From the NCBI GenBank assembly GCA_963806095.1, contig CAWDWV010000002.1, forward strand, positions 1,781,424 to 1,845,423: DNA of 64,000 nt, written 5' to 3'. Under the pieces are notes generated by a model. The model worked only from the letters and a program-made list of their open reading frames with translations, made no database searches and was not told the origin of the DNA. Shown here piece after piece: positions 1-9,043 of this stretch. How positions within the stretch are numbered: the stretch's first letter is position 1; each line of letters begins with the position of its first letter. Origin of the DNA: Thermoanaerobaculia bacterium. Its GTDB lineage: Bacteria > Acidobacteriota > Thermoanaerobaculia > Multivoradales > JAIOJS01. Made by a program: the position numbers and the translations under genes.

Positions 1-917
1 CGGTCGCTCTGCGCGGTGAGCGCCAGGGTGCCGCCGTCGGAGAGCAGGATGCCGTACTTCTGCATCGCCCGCGCGATGGTGCGCTCGGCCTCGCTGTCGA
101 GGCTCGCCAGCGGGTAGTCGGCACGCAGCCGCAGGCGGGCGCCGTAGGGCGGCGCCTGCGGCGGTCCGCTGGTGGGGCCGGTGGAGTGGGTGGCGGGGTG
201 GACGTAGACGTTGTCGCGGATGCGGCTGTTGGGGAGGATGAAGCGGATGGCGTGGTCGATCTGCCCCGCCGCCACCTCGTCGGCGTTGAACAGCAGCGGC
301 GCGATGGGGAAGCCGGCGGCGTCGGCGCTGGTGCAGTCCTGGCCGCGGCCGGTCGGCCGGTAGGTGTTGCGCAGGTCCCACACCGCCAGGCAGCCGCCGG
401 GGAAGTCGTTCGGCGAAGGTCCGGGGCCGATGACGTCGGCGCGCCACATCTCGAACAGCAGGCTGCTCGGACGGTGGACGACGATGAGGTGGCAGTCGCC
501 GTCGCTGAGGCACGCGTAGCCGCTCTCGCCTTCGAGCGCGCCGCCGGGCGGCAGCGGCACCAAGGCCTCGTCGCAGTCGGGGTCGTAGAACTCGTCCTCG
601 TCGCGCTTGGGGGCGAAGGCGCGGAAGGGCGTCGCGGCGTTGGCCTCCAGCACCTCGATGGAGAAGTCGATGCGCATGACGCCGCTGCCCCAGCCGCCGC
701 CCTGGCTCGCCAGCCAGTTGATGACCGTCGACGACTGCGGATCGAGGGGCTCGTTGCTGACGTCGCGCGTCCACTCGGAGTCGGCGGGGAAGTAGGGGTA
801 GTGGCCGGCCGGCGGCTGCGCCGCGACGCCGGCGGCGACCAGCGCGGCGGCGAGCCATCCGGAGAACACTGCGAGCGATCGCCCCAGCGCCTCCAGGCCC
901 TCAGTGTGCCGTGCCAT
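1..917 (-). CDS. Secreted hypothetical protein, 3' end outside the window
   Basis: Manual translation from ATG at 917: MARHTEGLEALGRSLAVFSGWLAAALVAAG...CTSADAAGFPIAPLLF...DHAIRFILPN...ARAMQKYGILLSDGG, open to the window edge. Hydrophobic N-terminus. Confidence 0.8.
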   Translation of the reverse strand, partial: MARHTEGLEALGRSLAVFSGWLAAALVAAGVAAQPPAGHYPYFPADSEWTRDVSNEPLDPQSSTVINWLASQGGGWGSGVMRIDFSIEVLEANAATPFRAFAPKRDEDEFYDPDCDEALVPLPPGGALEGESGYACLSDGDCHLIVVHRPSSLLFEMWRADVIGPGPSPNDFPGGCLAVWDLRNTYRPTGRGQDCTSADAAGFPIAPLLFNADEVAAGQIDHAIRFILPNSRIRDNVYVHPATHSTGPTSGPPQAPPYGARLRLRADYPLASLDSEAERTIARAMQKYGILLSDGGTLALTAQSD

Positions 918-1462
918 CGCGGCGAATGTAGTCGACCGCCTGTCGGCGAGCTGCGACCGATTGCACACGGCGCCGGACCAGCCGCTCCGCCATGCGGTGG
1001 CGCAGGAAGCGCACCCACGGCGACCAGCGCGCCGGGTGCGCGACGCGGCCGGTGAGCGCCTCCTCGGCGTTGTCGAGCAGGTCCTCGATGCAGGCGTCGT
1101 GCAGCCAGCGGATGACCAGCGGCCAGGTGAGCCGCGTGCGCGCCGCGCAGCCGGACGGCGAGCTCGTGGGTGACGGTGCAGCCGCCGTCGCCGTCGTCGT
1201 CGACGCGCAGCGCGTGCGTTCCCAGCAGCCGCATCGCCGGCGTGAAGGTGAATTCGACGCGCCGCCCCCGCTCGTAGGCGCTGACCTCGTAGCGGATCGG
1301 CCCGTGGCCGCCGGCGCTCCCCACCTGCAACCCGCGGTCGAGGCGCAGCGCCGGCCAAGCGCGGTCCGGCCACAACGCGTCGTCGGGCGACGCCAGCTGG
1401 TCGAGCAGGACTCCCGCGGCGGCGGCGGAGCGGGCGATGCGGCGTGCGTGCACGTTCCTCAT
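901..1462 (-). CDS. SRPBCC/polyketide cyclase-like protein (one frameshift near 1135)
   Basis: Manual translation MRNVHARRI...LASPDDALWP...GGHGPIRYEV...; second frame WPLVIRWLHDACIEDLLDNAE. AGGAGG upstream; divergent from tetR. Confidence 0.7.
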
Positions 1463-1484
1463 TTCGGGGCCTCCTTCGGTCGGC

Positions 1485-1535
1485 CCATACGGTAGCGTAT
1501 GGACCAGACCGGATCGTAACATACGCCTGCGTATG
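1485..1535. promoter_or_regulatory. Two TetR operator palindromes, CATACG-N4-CGTATG
   Basis: CCATACG-GTAG-CGTATGG (1485-1502) and CATACG-CCTG-CGTATG (1520-1535, overlapping the tetR ATG) between divergent genes. Confidence 0.8.
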
Positions 1536-2198
1536 GCAAGCCCGTCGCGCACCCCGCTCGACCGCGACGCCTGGGCCGCGGCGGCGCTCGATGCCCTCGC
1601 CAGCGGCGGGCTGCGCGCCGTCGCCGTCGAGCCGCTCGCCGCCGCCCTCGGCGCCACCAAGGGCAGCTTCTACTGGCACTTCAGAAATCGCGCGGCACTG
1701 CTCGCCGCCGCCCTCGAGCGCTGGGAGCGCCAGCACACCGACGCCGTCGTCGCCCGCGTCGAGCAGGAGCCCACCGTCGAACGCCGCCTGCGCTACCTCT
1801 TCAGCGCCGTCGTCGCCGCCGCCGGCAGCGACCGCGTCGAGCTCGCCCTGCTCGGCAGCAGCGACCACCCGGTGATCGGGCCTGCCCTGCGCCGCGTCAC
1901 CGAGCGCCGCATCGCCTACGTCGCCCACCTCTTCGAGCAGCTCGGCTTTGCTGCGGCCGAAGCGAGGCGCCGCAGCCTGATCGCCTACACCACCTACCTC
2001 GGCCACGCTCAGCTCGCCCACACCGTCCCCGAGCTCCTACCGGCCAGCAAGCCCCAGCGCCGCGCTCACCTCGACGAGGTGATGGCCGCCCTCACCCAGC
2101 GCCGACCCCGGCGCGGAACAGCTCTTGCTGCGGCGAGCCGCGCACGCCGCCAGGGCCCGCCCGCGGTCCGCGGCGCACGGGAGGGGCGGGGACGATGA
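1533..2198 (+). CDS. TetR/AcrR family transcriptional regulator
   Basis: HTH AVAVEPLAAALGATKGSFYWHFRNR. The C-terminal tail may be extended by an indel. Confidence 0.92.
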   Translation: MASPSRTPLDRDAWAAAALDALASGGLRAVAVEPLAAALGATKGSFYWHFRNRAALLAAALERWERQHTDAVVARVEQEPTVERRLRYLFSAVVAAAGSDRVELALLGSSDHPVIGPALRRVTERRIAYVAHLFEQLGFAAAEARRRSLIAYTTYLGHAQLAHTVPELLPASKPQRRAHLDEVMAALTQRRPRRGTALAAASRARRQGPPAVRGAREGRGR

Positions 2199-2286
2199 TC
2201 GACGGCCTCATTCCGCGCCGGCGCGCTGTACCAAGAGGCGGGCCGTAGCGCGGGCTCCGCGCCCGCCGTTTAGCGACTTCGGCGCC

Positions 2287-2973
2287 CTACGGCAGCAGGC
2301 GCACGTGGGCTTCGCCGACGCCGACGTCGACGACGATGCGCGCTGAGCCGCTGCCGTCGCGCCAGTCGACCTCGTTGCCGAGGAAGAGGAAACCGCTGTG
2401 GCGCGACTCGTCCTGGCGCGGCGAGAGCTGCGCCTCGCCGACGCCGACGTCGAGCGCCACGCTGCGCACGGCGCGCTCCGGCATCCGCACGCGCGCCTCG
2501 CCGACGCCGAGGTCGATGGTGACGTCTCCTTCGACACCGTCGACGTCGAGCTCGCCGACGCCCATGTCGACGGACAAGGCGAGCGAGGCCGGGACGACGA
2601 GCTCCAGGTCGACCTCGGGGTGGTTCATGCCGCGCTTGTCGTCGCCGTCGTAGCCGCGCAGGCGCAGGGAGAGGTCGTCGCCGCTGTGCGTGGGGTTGAG
2701 GTGGAGCTCGGCCGCGCGCTCGCGGCAGCGGCGGGAGCTCGCGGAGCAGCGCAGCTCGAGCTTGGCCTCGATACGGTCGCCGCCGCCGGTCTGGACGCGG
2801 ACGTCGCCGACGGGTACGTCGAGCTTCAGCCGCCGGGCGCCGTCGAGCGGGAAGGCCTTGGACTCGCTGCCTACCACGACCTCGCGTCCGGCGAAGGCGG
2901 GGGCGGCGATGGCGGCGAAGCCGGCAAGGAGTAGGAGGGTGGGGAGCAGCGTGTTCGGGCGCGGTTGCCGCAT
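2287..2973 (-). CDS. Secreted beta-repeat (adhesin/DUF4097-like) protein
   Basis: Signal peptide plus repeated D(M/L/V)GVGE motifs; GGAGG upstream. Confidence 0.7.
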   Translation of the reverse strand: MRQPRPNTLLPTLLLLAGFAAIAAPAFAGREVVVGSESKAFPLDGARRLKLDVPVGDVRVQTGGGDRIEAKLELRCSASSRRCRERAAELHLNPTHSGDDLSLRLRGYDGDDKRGMNHPEVDLELVVPASLALSVDMGVGELDVDGVEGDVTIDLGVGEARVRMPERAVRSVALDVGVGEAQLSPRQDESRHSGFLFLGNEVDWRDGSGSARIVVDVGVGEAHVRLLP

Positions 2974-3112
2974 CGGGTGGTCCTCCGGTGGTGACGGTGC
3001 AAGTGGACGGTGCAAGTGCCGTCTCGTGCGGTCGTGGCGTTCTCCTCACTCTACGTCCGCGCGCCCGGAGGAGTTTCGCATTCGGCGACGGCCGGGTAGT
3101 CTCGCGCCCGCG

Positions 3113-4345
3113 ATGCCCAGCCAAAGCCCCTTTGCCGGCGAGTGGACGATCGACCCCGCGGTGGACTTCCTCAACCACGGCTGTTACGGGGCCTGCCCGC
3201 GCGCGGTGCTCGCGGTGCAGGCGGAGCTGCGCGACGAGATGGAGCGGCAGCCGCTGGAGTTCCTGTCGCGCCGACTGCCCGCGCTGTTCGACGCGGCGCG
3301 GGAGGCGCTCGCCGCCTTCGTCGGCGCGGATGCCGACGGGTTGGTGGCGGTGCCCAATGCCACCACCGGCGTGAGCACGGTGCTGCGGGCGTTGGAGAGC
3401 GAGCTCCGTCCCGGCGACGAGCTGCTGACGACGGACCACGCCTACAACGCCTGCAAGAACGCCGTCGACTTCGTGGCGGCGCGCAGCGGCGCGCGGGTGG
3501 TGGTGGTGCGGGTGCCGTTCCCCGTGCGCGACGAGGCGGAAGTGGTCGAGGTGGTGCTCGGCGGCGTGACGCCGCGCACGCGGGTGGCGTTGATCGACCA
3601 CATCACCAGCCCGACCGCGCTGGTGTTGCCGCTCGCCGAGATCGTGGCGGCTCTCACCGAGCACGGCGTCGACACTCTGGTGGACGGCGCGCACGCGCCG
3701 GGGCAGCTGGCGCTCGACGTGCGCGGCTTGGGAGCGGCGTGGTACACGGGCAACTGCCACAAGTGGATCTGCTCGCCGAAGGTGGCGGCATTCCTCTGGG
3801 CGCGCGAGGACAAGCGCGAAGCGCTGCGCCCGCTGGTGGTGAGCCACGGCCACAACGTGCGCCGGCCCGGGCGCTCGCGACTGCACGACGAGTTCGACTG
3901 GCAGGGCACCGGCGACCCGACGCCATTCCTGTGCGTGCCGGTGGCGCTGCGGGTGATCGGCGCGATGGTGCCCGGCGGGTGGGACGAAGTGCGGTCGCGG
4001 AACCACGAGCTCGCGCTGGCCGGACGGCGCCTGGTCGCGGAGGCGCTGGGAGTCGAGCTGCCGTGCCCCGACTCGATGATCGGCAGCATGGCCGCGCTGC
4101 CTTTGGCGCCGGGCCCGCGGCCGGCAGCCGATCGTGAGGATCCGCTGCACGATGCCCTGTTGGAGCGCTACAGGATCGAAGTCCCCGTACAGTCATGGCC
4201 GGGGTCGCCGGGGAGAGCGCTGCGGATCTCGGCACAGTTGCACAACGAGCTCGCGCAGTACGAACGGCTGGCTGCGGCGCTGCAGGAGCTCGCGGCGCGA
4301 CGGGCAGGGCGCAGCTCTAAGCCGTACAGGGACTACGCGGGGTAG
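3113..4345 (+). CDS. Class V PLP aminotransferase (isopenicillin N epimerase / cysteine lyase-like)
   Basis: FLNHGCYGACP, DHITSPTAL, VDGAHAPG, GNCHKW (PLP lysine). Confidence 0.9.
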   Translation: MPSQSPFAGEWTIDPAVDFLNHGCYGACPRAVLAVQAELRDEMERQPLEFLSRRLPALFDAAREALAAFVGADADGLVAVPNATTGVSTVLRALESELRPGDELLTTDHAYNACKNAVDFVAARSGARVVVVRVPFPVRDEAEVVEVVLGGVTPRTRVALIDHITSPTALVLPLAEIVAALTEHGVDTLVDGAHAPGQLALDVRGLGAAWYTGNCHKWICSPKVAAFLWAREDKREALRPLVVSHGHNVRRPGRSRLHDEFDWQGTGDPTPFLCVPVALRVIGAMVPGGWDEVRSRNHELALAGRRLVAEALGVELPCPDSMIGSMAALPLAPGPRPAADREDPLHDALLERYRIEVPVQSWPGSPGRALRISAQLHNELAQYERLAAALQELAARRAGRSSKPYRDYAG

Positions 4346-4391
4346 GGCAGAGACGTGGTGGTGGTCGCTCGGCGGCCGCTGGTCGTCGGCC

Positions 4392-4569
4392 GGCGTTCGC
4401 TACGGGATCGGGAGGCGTCGCTCCAGGGGACGCTCGCTACCGAGGTGTTCGGGCGGAGAGCGCTCGCTTGCCTCCGGGCGCGCGCGACGTCCGCTGCCTG
4501 CGAATGCCCACCAATGCGCCCTCCGGAACCCCTTCCGCGACGCCTCCCGATCCCGTAGACGCGAACGCC
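4392..4569. repeat. Long inverted repeat (REPIN/MITE-like)
   Basis: GGCGTTCGCTACGGGATCGGGAGGCGTCGC pairs with GCGACGCCTCCCGATCCCGTAGACGCGAACGCC in intergenic DNA. Confidence 0.7.
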
Positions 4570-4787
4570 TCCACGAGTGGTAGTCGGGCGCCCGGGTGGC
4601 GAGCTCAAGCGTCGCCGTGGCCACTGCGCCGGCTTGCCTTACGCTCTCTGCCGCTGTTGCGGCGAGCCCGTCGTGCCGCTCGGGTGCTGGGATGCGCTCC
4701 GTCGCTCTTCCCGTCACAACTCGCGCTCCACTGTGGTCGCTGGAGCCAGCCCCGCCGATCGTCGCGTATCGAGGGGCAGGGCGTAGA

Positions 4788-5171
4788 TCAGGGGCGGGAA
4801 AGATGGAGGATGAGCCAGCGGACCAGTTGATCGCGTGTGAGGGCACCTGCCGCTAGGCCGAGCATGAGTTCCTCTTGCTCATCGATGTTGGCGTCGATCC
4901 CGCTGCCGTTGAGTTGGAGAAAGACCTCCATCGCGGCGTGCGCGACGCGCTTGTTGCCGTCAACGAAGGGATGATTGCGCACCAAGGAGAAGCCGAGGCT
5001 GGCGGCCTTCTCGGCGAGCGTGGGATACAAGTCTTGGCTACCGAATGTGAGTTGAGGCTGCGCGGCGGCTGATTCGAGGGCTCCGAGGTCGCGAAGACCA
5101 GTAGCACCGCCGGTTGCAGCGAGGATGAGGTGGTGCAGTTCGAGGAGCTCGCCGAGCGCGAGGTGGCGCAT
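4788..5171 (-). CDS. doc: Type II TA toxin, death-on-curing (Fic/Doc) family
   Basis: Motifs HPFVDGNKRVA and GLRDLGALESA. Confidence 0.92.
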   Translation of the reverse strand: MRHLALGELLELHHLILAATGGATGLRDLGALESAAAQPQLTFGSQDLYPTLAEKAASLGFSLVRNHPFVDGNKRVAHAAMEVFLQLNGSGIDANIDEQEELMLGLAAGALTRDQLVRWLILHLSRP

Positions 5172-5365
5172 CAGCCGAGGCGGCGATACAGCTCGACGTT
5201 CTTGGCTAGGACACGCTCGGCAACTTCGCGAAAGTCGGTTGCCGGTTTGGTGACGAGATCGACAACGGCTGCTCTGACAAGATCCTCGGCGCGTACACCG
5301 AGTGCAGCGGCGTGATTGTTCAGTTGTGCGACTTGCTCGTCGGTCAAGTCGATGGCGACTCTCAT
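5171..5365 (-). CDS. Putative antitoxin (RHH-like) of Doc
   Basis: 64 aa MRVAIDLTDEQ...KNVELYRRLG; its stop overlaps the doc start; LYRRL tail typical of Doc partners. Confidence 0.85.
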   Translation of the reverse strand: MRVAIDLTDEQVAQLNNHAAALGVRAEDLVRAAVVDLVTKPATDFREVAERVLAKNVELYRRLG

Positions 5366-5492
5366 GCGGGCATTATCCCACCTGGGGCGTTGCGATGGGC
5401 GGTGCTTCCGCCACCTGACGGCGAGTGAGTTCAGCGGCCGCCGCACTGGAAGTCAGATACCTCGCGCAGTCCTGGCTCGGCCGAGACGGCGA

Positions 5493-5690
5493 TCAGATTG
5501 GCTCACCCCGGGCCGCAGTTGGGTCGCAGACCGGACACCGGCGGATATGGGCATCGCAGCTGTTGCTGCCGTACTGATGGCCCGCTCTGCACTGCAAGAC
5601 CCAGATCTTCGCGAACCGGTGTGTGGTGCTTGACTGGTTCGTCTTGTGAATCAGCTGTTGGCCCTTGCGAGTGATCTCACCGACATTCAT
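5493..5690 (-). CDS. Small putative zinc-ribbon protein
   Basis: C-x3-H and CPVC motifs, GAGG upstream, lower GC than flanks. Confidence 0.7.
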   Translation of the reverse strand: MNVGEITRKGQQLIHKTNQSSTTHRFAKIWVLQCRAGHQYGSNSCDAHIRRCPVCDPTAARGEPI

Positions 5691-5758
5691 GGTGCCTCAC
5701 TTAGGGGCAGTTTGGAGTTGTCGACGCGCCGGCGTAATCACGGGCCGGCCGTACGAGC

Positions 5759-6004
5759 CTAGAGTTGCTCCGAGGATCGCTCGCCGCGAAGGAGGCCGGC
5801 GACACTGATGTCTTCGTCGAGGTCGGGCCAGTGAATGCCGTCTCCGTCGCCGATGAGTTCCCATCGATTGCGGGCTCTGGGATTCGCCTTGAGCAGCCTT
5901 GGAAACCAGACGAGTGGGACCGATATTGATCGGCCGTCGACTAGTTCGACAGTGAGGCAATCGGCTGTGATCTCGACGGCAGCTGCCAGGGGCGTCACCT
6001 GCAT
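5759..6004 (-). CDS. DUF2442 domain protein (putative antitoxin)
   Basis: LTVELVDGRSISVPLVWFPRLL...GIHWPDLDEDISV. Confidence 0.9.
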   Translation of the reverse strand: MQVTPLAAAVEITADCLTVELVDGRSISVPLVWFPRLLKANPRARNRWELIGDGDGIHWPDLDEDISVAGLLRGERSSEQL

Positions 6005-6268
6005 GGGGAGAGACCATACCAAGCGCAGCGCAGGGCAGGTCGTGTTGATCGGCGCCATCGCCAGTGGTGTCGCGAAACGCTCGGTTCGTCGAACAGGCGA
6101 CCACGGACGGGCCGCGAGTGGGCCACTCACTCCCATCGTGGCGCCACGGTGAGAATAGCGGCACGACAGACTTGCCGTCTCAACGACAAGGGAGCGTGAG
6201 GTACTGAGCGGCAATCACCACGGCGACGGTCGAGCTCGCCACCTGGTCGCTCGACGACCACTCATGTA

Positions 6269-6451
6269 GGCGGGTGCTCAGCGGATCCGGAGGCCGCCGC
6301 GGCGGGACCTCTCGGAGGGCGATCCGCGGCTGGTTCATCATCGTGGTCGTAGTGGCGCCCGGAGAGCGGAGGCGCGCCTTCTTGCTCCCATTGACCACTG
6401 TAGGCGCGCCGGTCCTGCCGCGGCGGCCTCCGGATCCGCTCCGCACCCGCC
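6269..6451. repeat. About 40-bp-arm inverted repeat (REPIN-like)
   Basis: GGCGGGTGCTCAGCGGATCCGGAGGCCGCCGCGGCGGGACC versus GGTCCTGCCGCGGCGGCCTCCGGATCCGCTCCGCACCCGCC; each arm lies shortly after TGTAGGCG. Confidence 0.75.
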
Positions 6452-6482
6452 GGCCGGTTGGTCACCGCCGCTCGCAGGCCCG

Positions 6483-9020
6483 CTACAACGCGATCCCCTG
6501 CTCCCGCGCCAGTTCTTCCAGCGCTGCCGATCGCCCACCCGCCGCGTGGAACCGCGCCAGAGCCGCTCGTGCCTGCTCGGGCCGCTCCAGATACAAGAGC
6601 AGCCTCGCCCGCAACGCCATGCTCCGGTGGTCGGTCTTCTCGTCGAGCGGTGGCAGCGTCCTCAACGCCTGCTCCCACGCCGCCTCGGCAGCCGCGCGGT
6701 TGCCCGCCCGCGCTTCGAGCTCGCCCAGCCCTTGTTCGACCTCGGCCACCCTCAACGCCACCGTCCCGCTCGGGTTCGCTGCCAGGAGCGGCGCCAGCAG
6801 TGATCGCGCTCGCTCCAGGTCCCGCCGCGCCTCCCCCAGCCGGCCCAGCGCCGTCAGGATCCGCCCCCGCCGCCCGTACGCCGCCGCGAGCGAGCGCTTC
6901 CAGTCGAGGTTGTCCTCCTTGCTCGCCGCCAGCGCCGCCAGGGTCGATACCGCGCCGTCGACGAACGGCAGCGCCTCCGCCGGCCGGCCCTCTTCGTTGA
7001 GGACCATCGCCAGGTTGCCGCGCGTGATGGCGAGGCTCTGCTTCCAGGTCGAGTTGCCGGGGTCCGCCTGGATCAGCGCGCTGCCGATGGCGAGGCATTC
7101 GCGATGCAGCGCCTCGGCGCCGGCGAGGTCGCCGCGCGCGATCAGCAGGCTCGCGAGGTAGCTCTTGGCGACGCCGAGGTCGTTGCGGGTGAGCACGTTC
7201 TTCGGGTCGCGCGCCGCCAGCCCCGCGAGCAGCTCCATGTTCTCCTGCCGCGCGCGCACCGCACCCGCGAGGTCCCCCGACTTCTCCAGGCTCGTGCTGT
7301 GCCAGGCGAGCACGTTGGCGAGCTCGTCCTGGCGTTTCCAGTCGGCGGGGTCGCGGGCGAGCAGCTGCCGCCACAGCGCGATGCTCGCCCGCTGCGCCGC
7401 GATCGCCGCCGGCAGGTCGCCGATCGCCTCGCAGACGGCGCTGACGCTCTGCTGGTGGCTGGCGAGAGCCTGCTGCCACCTCACCTCCTGCGGATAGCGC
7501 GCGACGAGGCGCTGGTAGAGGTCGCGGCTGCCCTCCGTCAGCGCACGCGCCTCTGGCAGCGAGACCAGCTGGCTGAGGAGGACGAGGCCGACCTGCGCGC
7601 GCGCCTCGGCAAGCTGCGCCTGCCACGCCGGCCGCTGCGGGTCGCGGGCGGCGAGCGCGCCGGCGAGCTGCAGCGCCTGGCGCGCCGCGGCCAGCGCCGC
7701 GTCGGGCTTGCCCTCGTTCATGCGCAGCTCGGCGAGCTGGCGCACGGTGTCGACGCGGCGCTCGAGCTCCTGGTCGGTGAGGAGCTTTTCGGGGACGGCG
7801 GCGAAGTAGGCGAGGGCGCGGTCGCCCACCGCGTCGAGCAGGTCGAGGCGGCCGACGCCTTCGAGCTTCGGGCGCAGGTCGTCGAGCATGAAGCCGATCA
7901 GCCCCTCGGCCTGCTGGCGACGGCGCTCCGCCTCGTCGCGGGCGCGGCGGGCGTCGAGCGCCAGCCAGCTCACCACCGCGAGGCCGACGGCGAGCACCGC
8001 CACCGCGGCGGCCGCGGCGAGCAGCTGCAGCCGCTGGCGGCGGAGGCGTTGCGGCTTGTCGCGGATCCAGCGCAGGCGGCTCGCGACCTGCTCCGCCGAC
8101 GGCCGCTCCGCCGACGCGAGGCGCGTCATCGTCCCGAGCAGCCGCGCGAGGTCGGGGTCGAGCCCTTCGACCGGCAGCGTCTCGGCGTTGGCGACGCGGG
8201 CGAGCAGCACCCCCTGCGGTCCGTCCTCGTAGACCGGCCGGCGGGTGAACAGCTCCTGCAGCATGACGCCGAGGGCGTAGACGTCGCTGGCGGTGGTGGC
8301 CTCCTCGCCGCGCGCCTGCTCGGGGCTCATGTAGAGCACGGTGCCGATGAGCGAGCCGACCTCGGTGAGGCGCGCTTCCTCCGACGAGCTCGGCGAGGCG
8401 GCGGCGCCGGGCGGCGTGTCGCCGGGGCTTCCGGCCACCACCGTCCGGCGGTCCTCGAGGCGTCGGCCGAGCGTGCGTTCCGGCACCCCACCGTCCACCT
8501 GCAGCTTGCCGCTGTCGAAGTCGCCGGGCCGCGCGACCGCGGTGCGCGCGAGCGGCCGCGCCAGGCCGAAGTCGAGCATCTTCACCGCGCCGCTCTTCGT
8601 CACCATCACGTTCTCGGGCTTGACGTCGCGGTGCACGATCTGCTGCTCGTGGGCGACGGCGAGCGCGGCGGCGATCTCTTCGGCGATCCGCAGCTTCTCT
8701 TCGTAGTCGGGCGGCACCGCGAGCAGCTCGGCGAGCGTCTTGCCTTCGATCAGCTCGAGGACGAGGAAATCGGCCTCGGGCGTCTCCACCAGGTCGTAGA
8801 CCTGGCAGATCCCGGGGTGGCCGAGGCGCGACAGCACGCGCGCTTCGCGCAGCAGGCGCGCCTTGGCCGCGGCCGACAGCCGGCGCTCGCGGCGGATGGT
8901 CTTCACCGCCACGCGGCGCTCGAGCTTGAGGTGGAAGCCGAGGTAGACCTCGCCCATGCCGCCCATGCCGAGCGGCGCCTCGATGCGGATGTTGCCGAGG
9001 GTGGTGCCGACGAGCGACAT
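6483..9020 (-). CDS. Ser/Thr protein kinase with TM helix and TPR region
   Basis: LGMGGMGEVY, VAVK, HRDVKPEN, DFGLA, GTVLYMSPEQ; start MSLVGTTLG. Confidence 0.93.
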   Translation of the reverse strand: MSLVGTTLGNIRIEAPLGMGGMGEVYLGFHLKLERRVAVKTIRRERRLSAAAKARLLREARVLSRLGHPGICQVYDLVETPEADFLVLELIEGKTLAELLAVPPDYEEKLRIAEEIAAALAVAHEQQIVHRDVKPENVMVTKSGAVKMLDFGLARPLARTAVARPGDFDSGKLQVDGGVPERTLGRRLEDRRTVVAGSPGDTPPGAAASPSSSEEARLTEVGSLIGTVLYMSPEQARGEEATTASDVYALGVMLQELFTRRPVYEDGPQGVLLARVANAETLPVEGLDPDLARLLGTMTRLASAERPSAEQVASRLRWIRDKPQRLRRQRLQLLAAAAAVAVLAVGLAVVSWLALDARRARDEAERRRQQAEGLIGFMLDDLRPKLEGVGRLDLLDAVGDRALAYFAAVPEKLLTDQELERRVDTVRQLAELRMNEGKPDAALAAARQALQLAGALAARDPQRPAWQAQLAEARAQVGLVLLSQLVSLPEARALTEGSRDLYQRLVARYPQEVRWQQALASHQQSVSAVCEAIGDLPAAIAAQRASIALWRQLLARDPADWKRQDELANVLAWHSTSLEKSGDLAGAVRARQENMELLAGLAARDPKNVLTRNDLGVAKSYLASLLIARGDLAGAEALHRECLAIGSALIQADPGNSTWKQSLAITRGNLAMVLNEEGRPAEALPFVDGAVSTLAALAASKEDNLDWKRSLAAAYGRRGRILTALGRLGEARRDLERARSLLAPLLAANPSGTVALRVAEVEQGLGELEARAGNRAAAEAAWEQALRTLPPLDEKTDHRSMALRARLLLYLERPEQARAALARFHAAGGRSAALEELAREQGIAL

Positions 9021-9043
9021 GGGCGGCGGCGCGGGCGACGACC

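Noticed and set aside
5412-5445. Complete integron attC site
   Set aside because: Only one half resembles attC; I found no complementary arm and no integrase.
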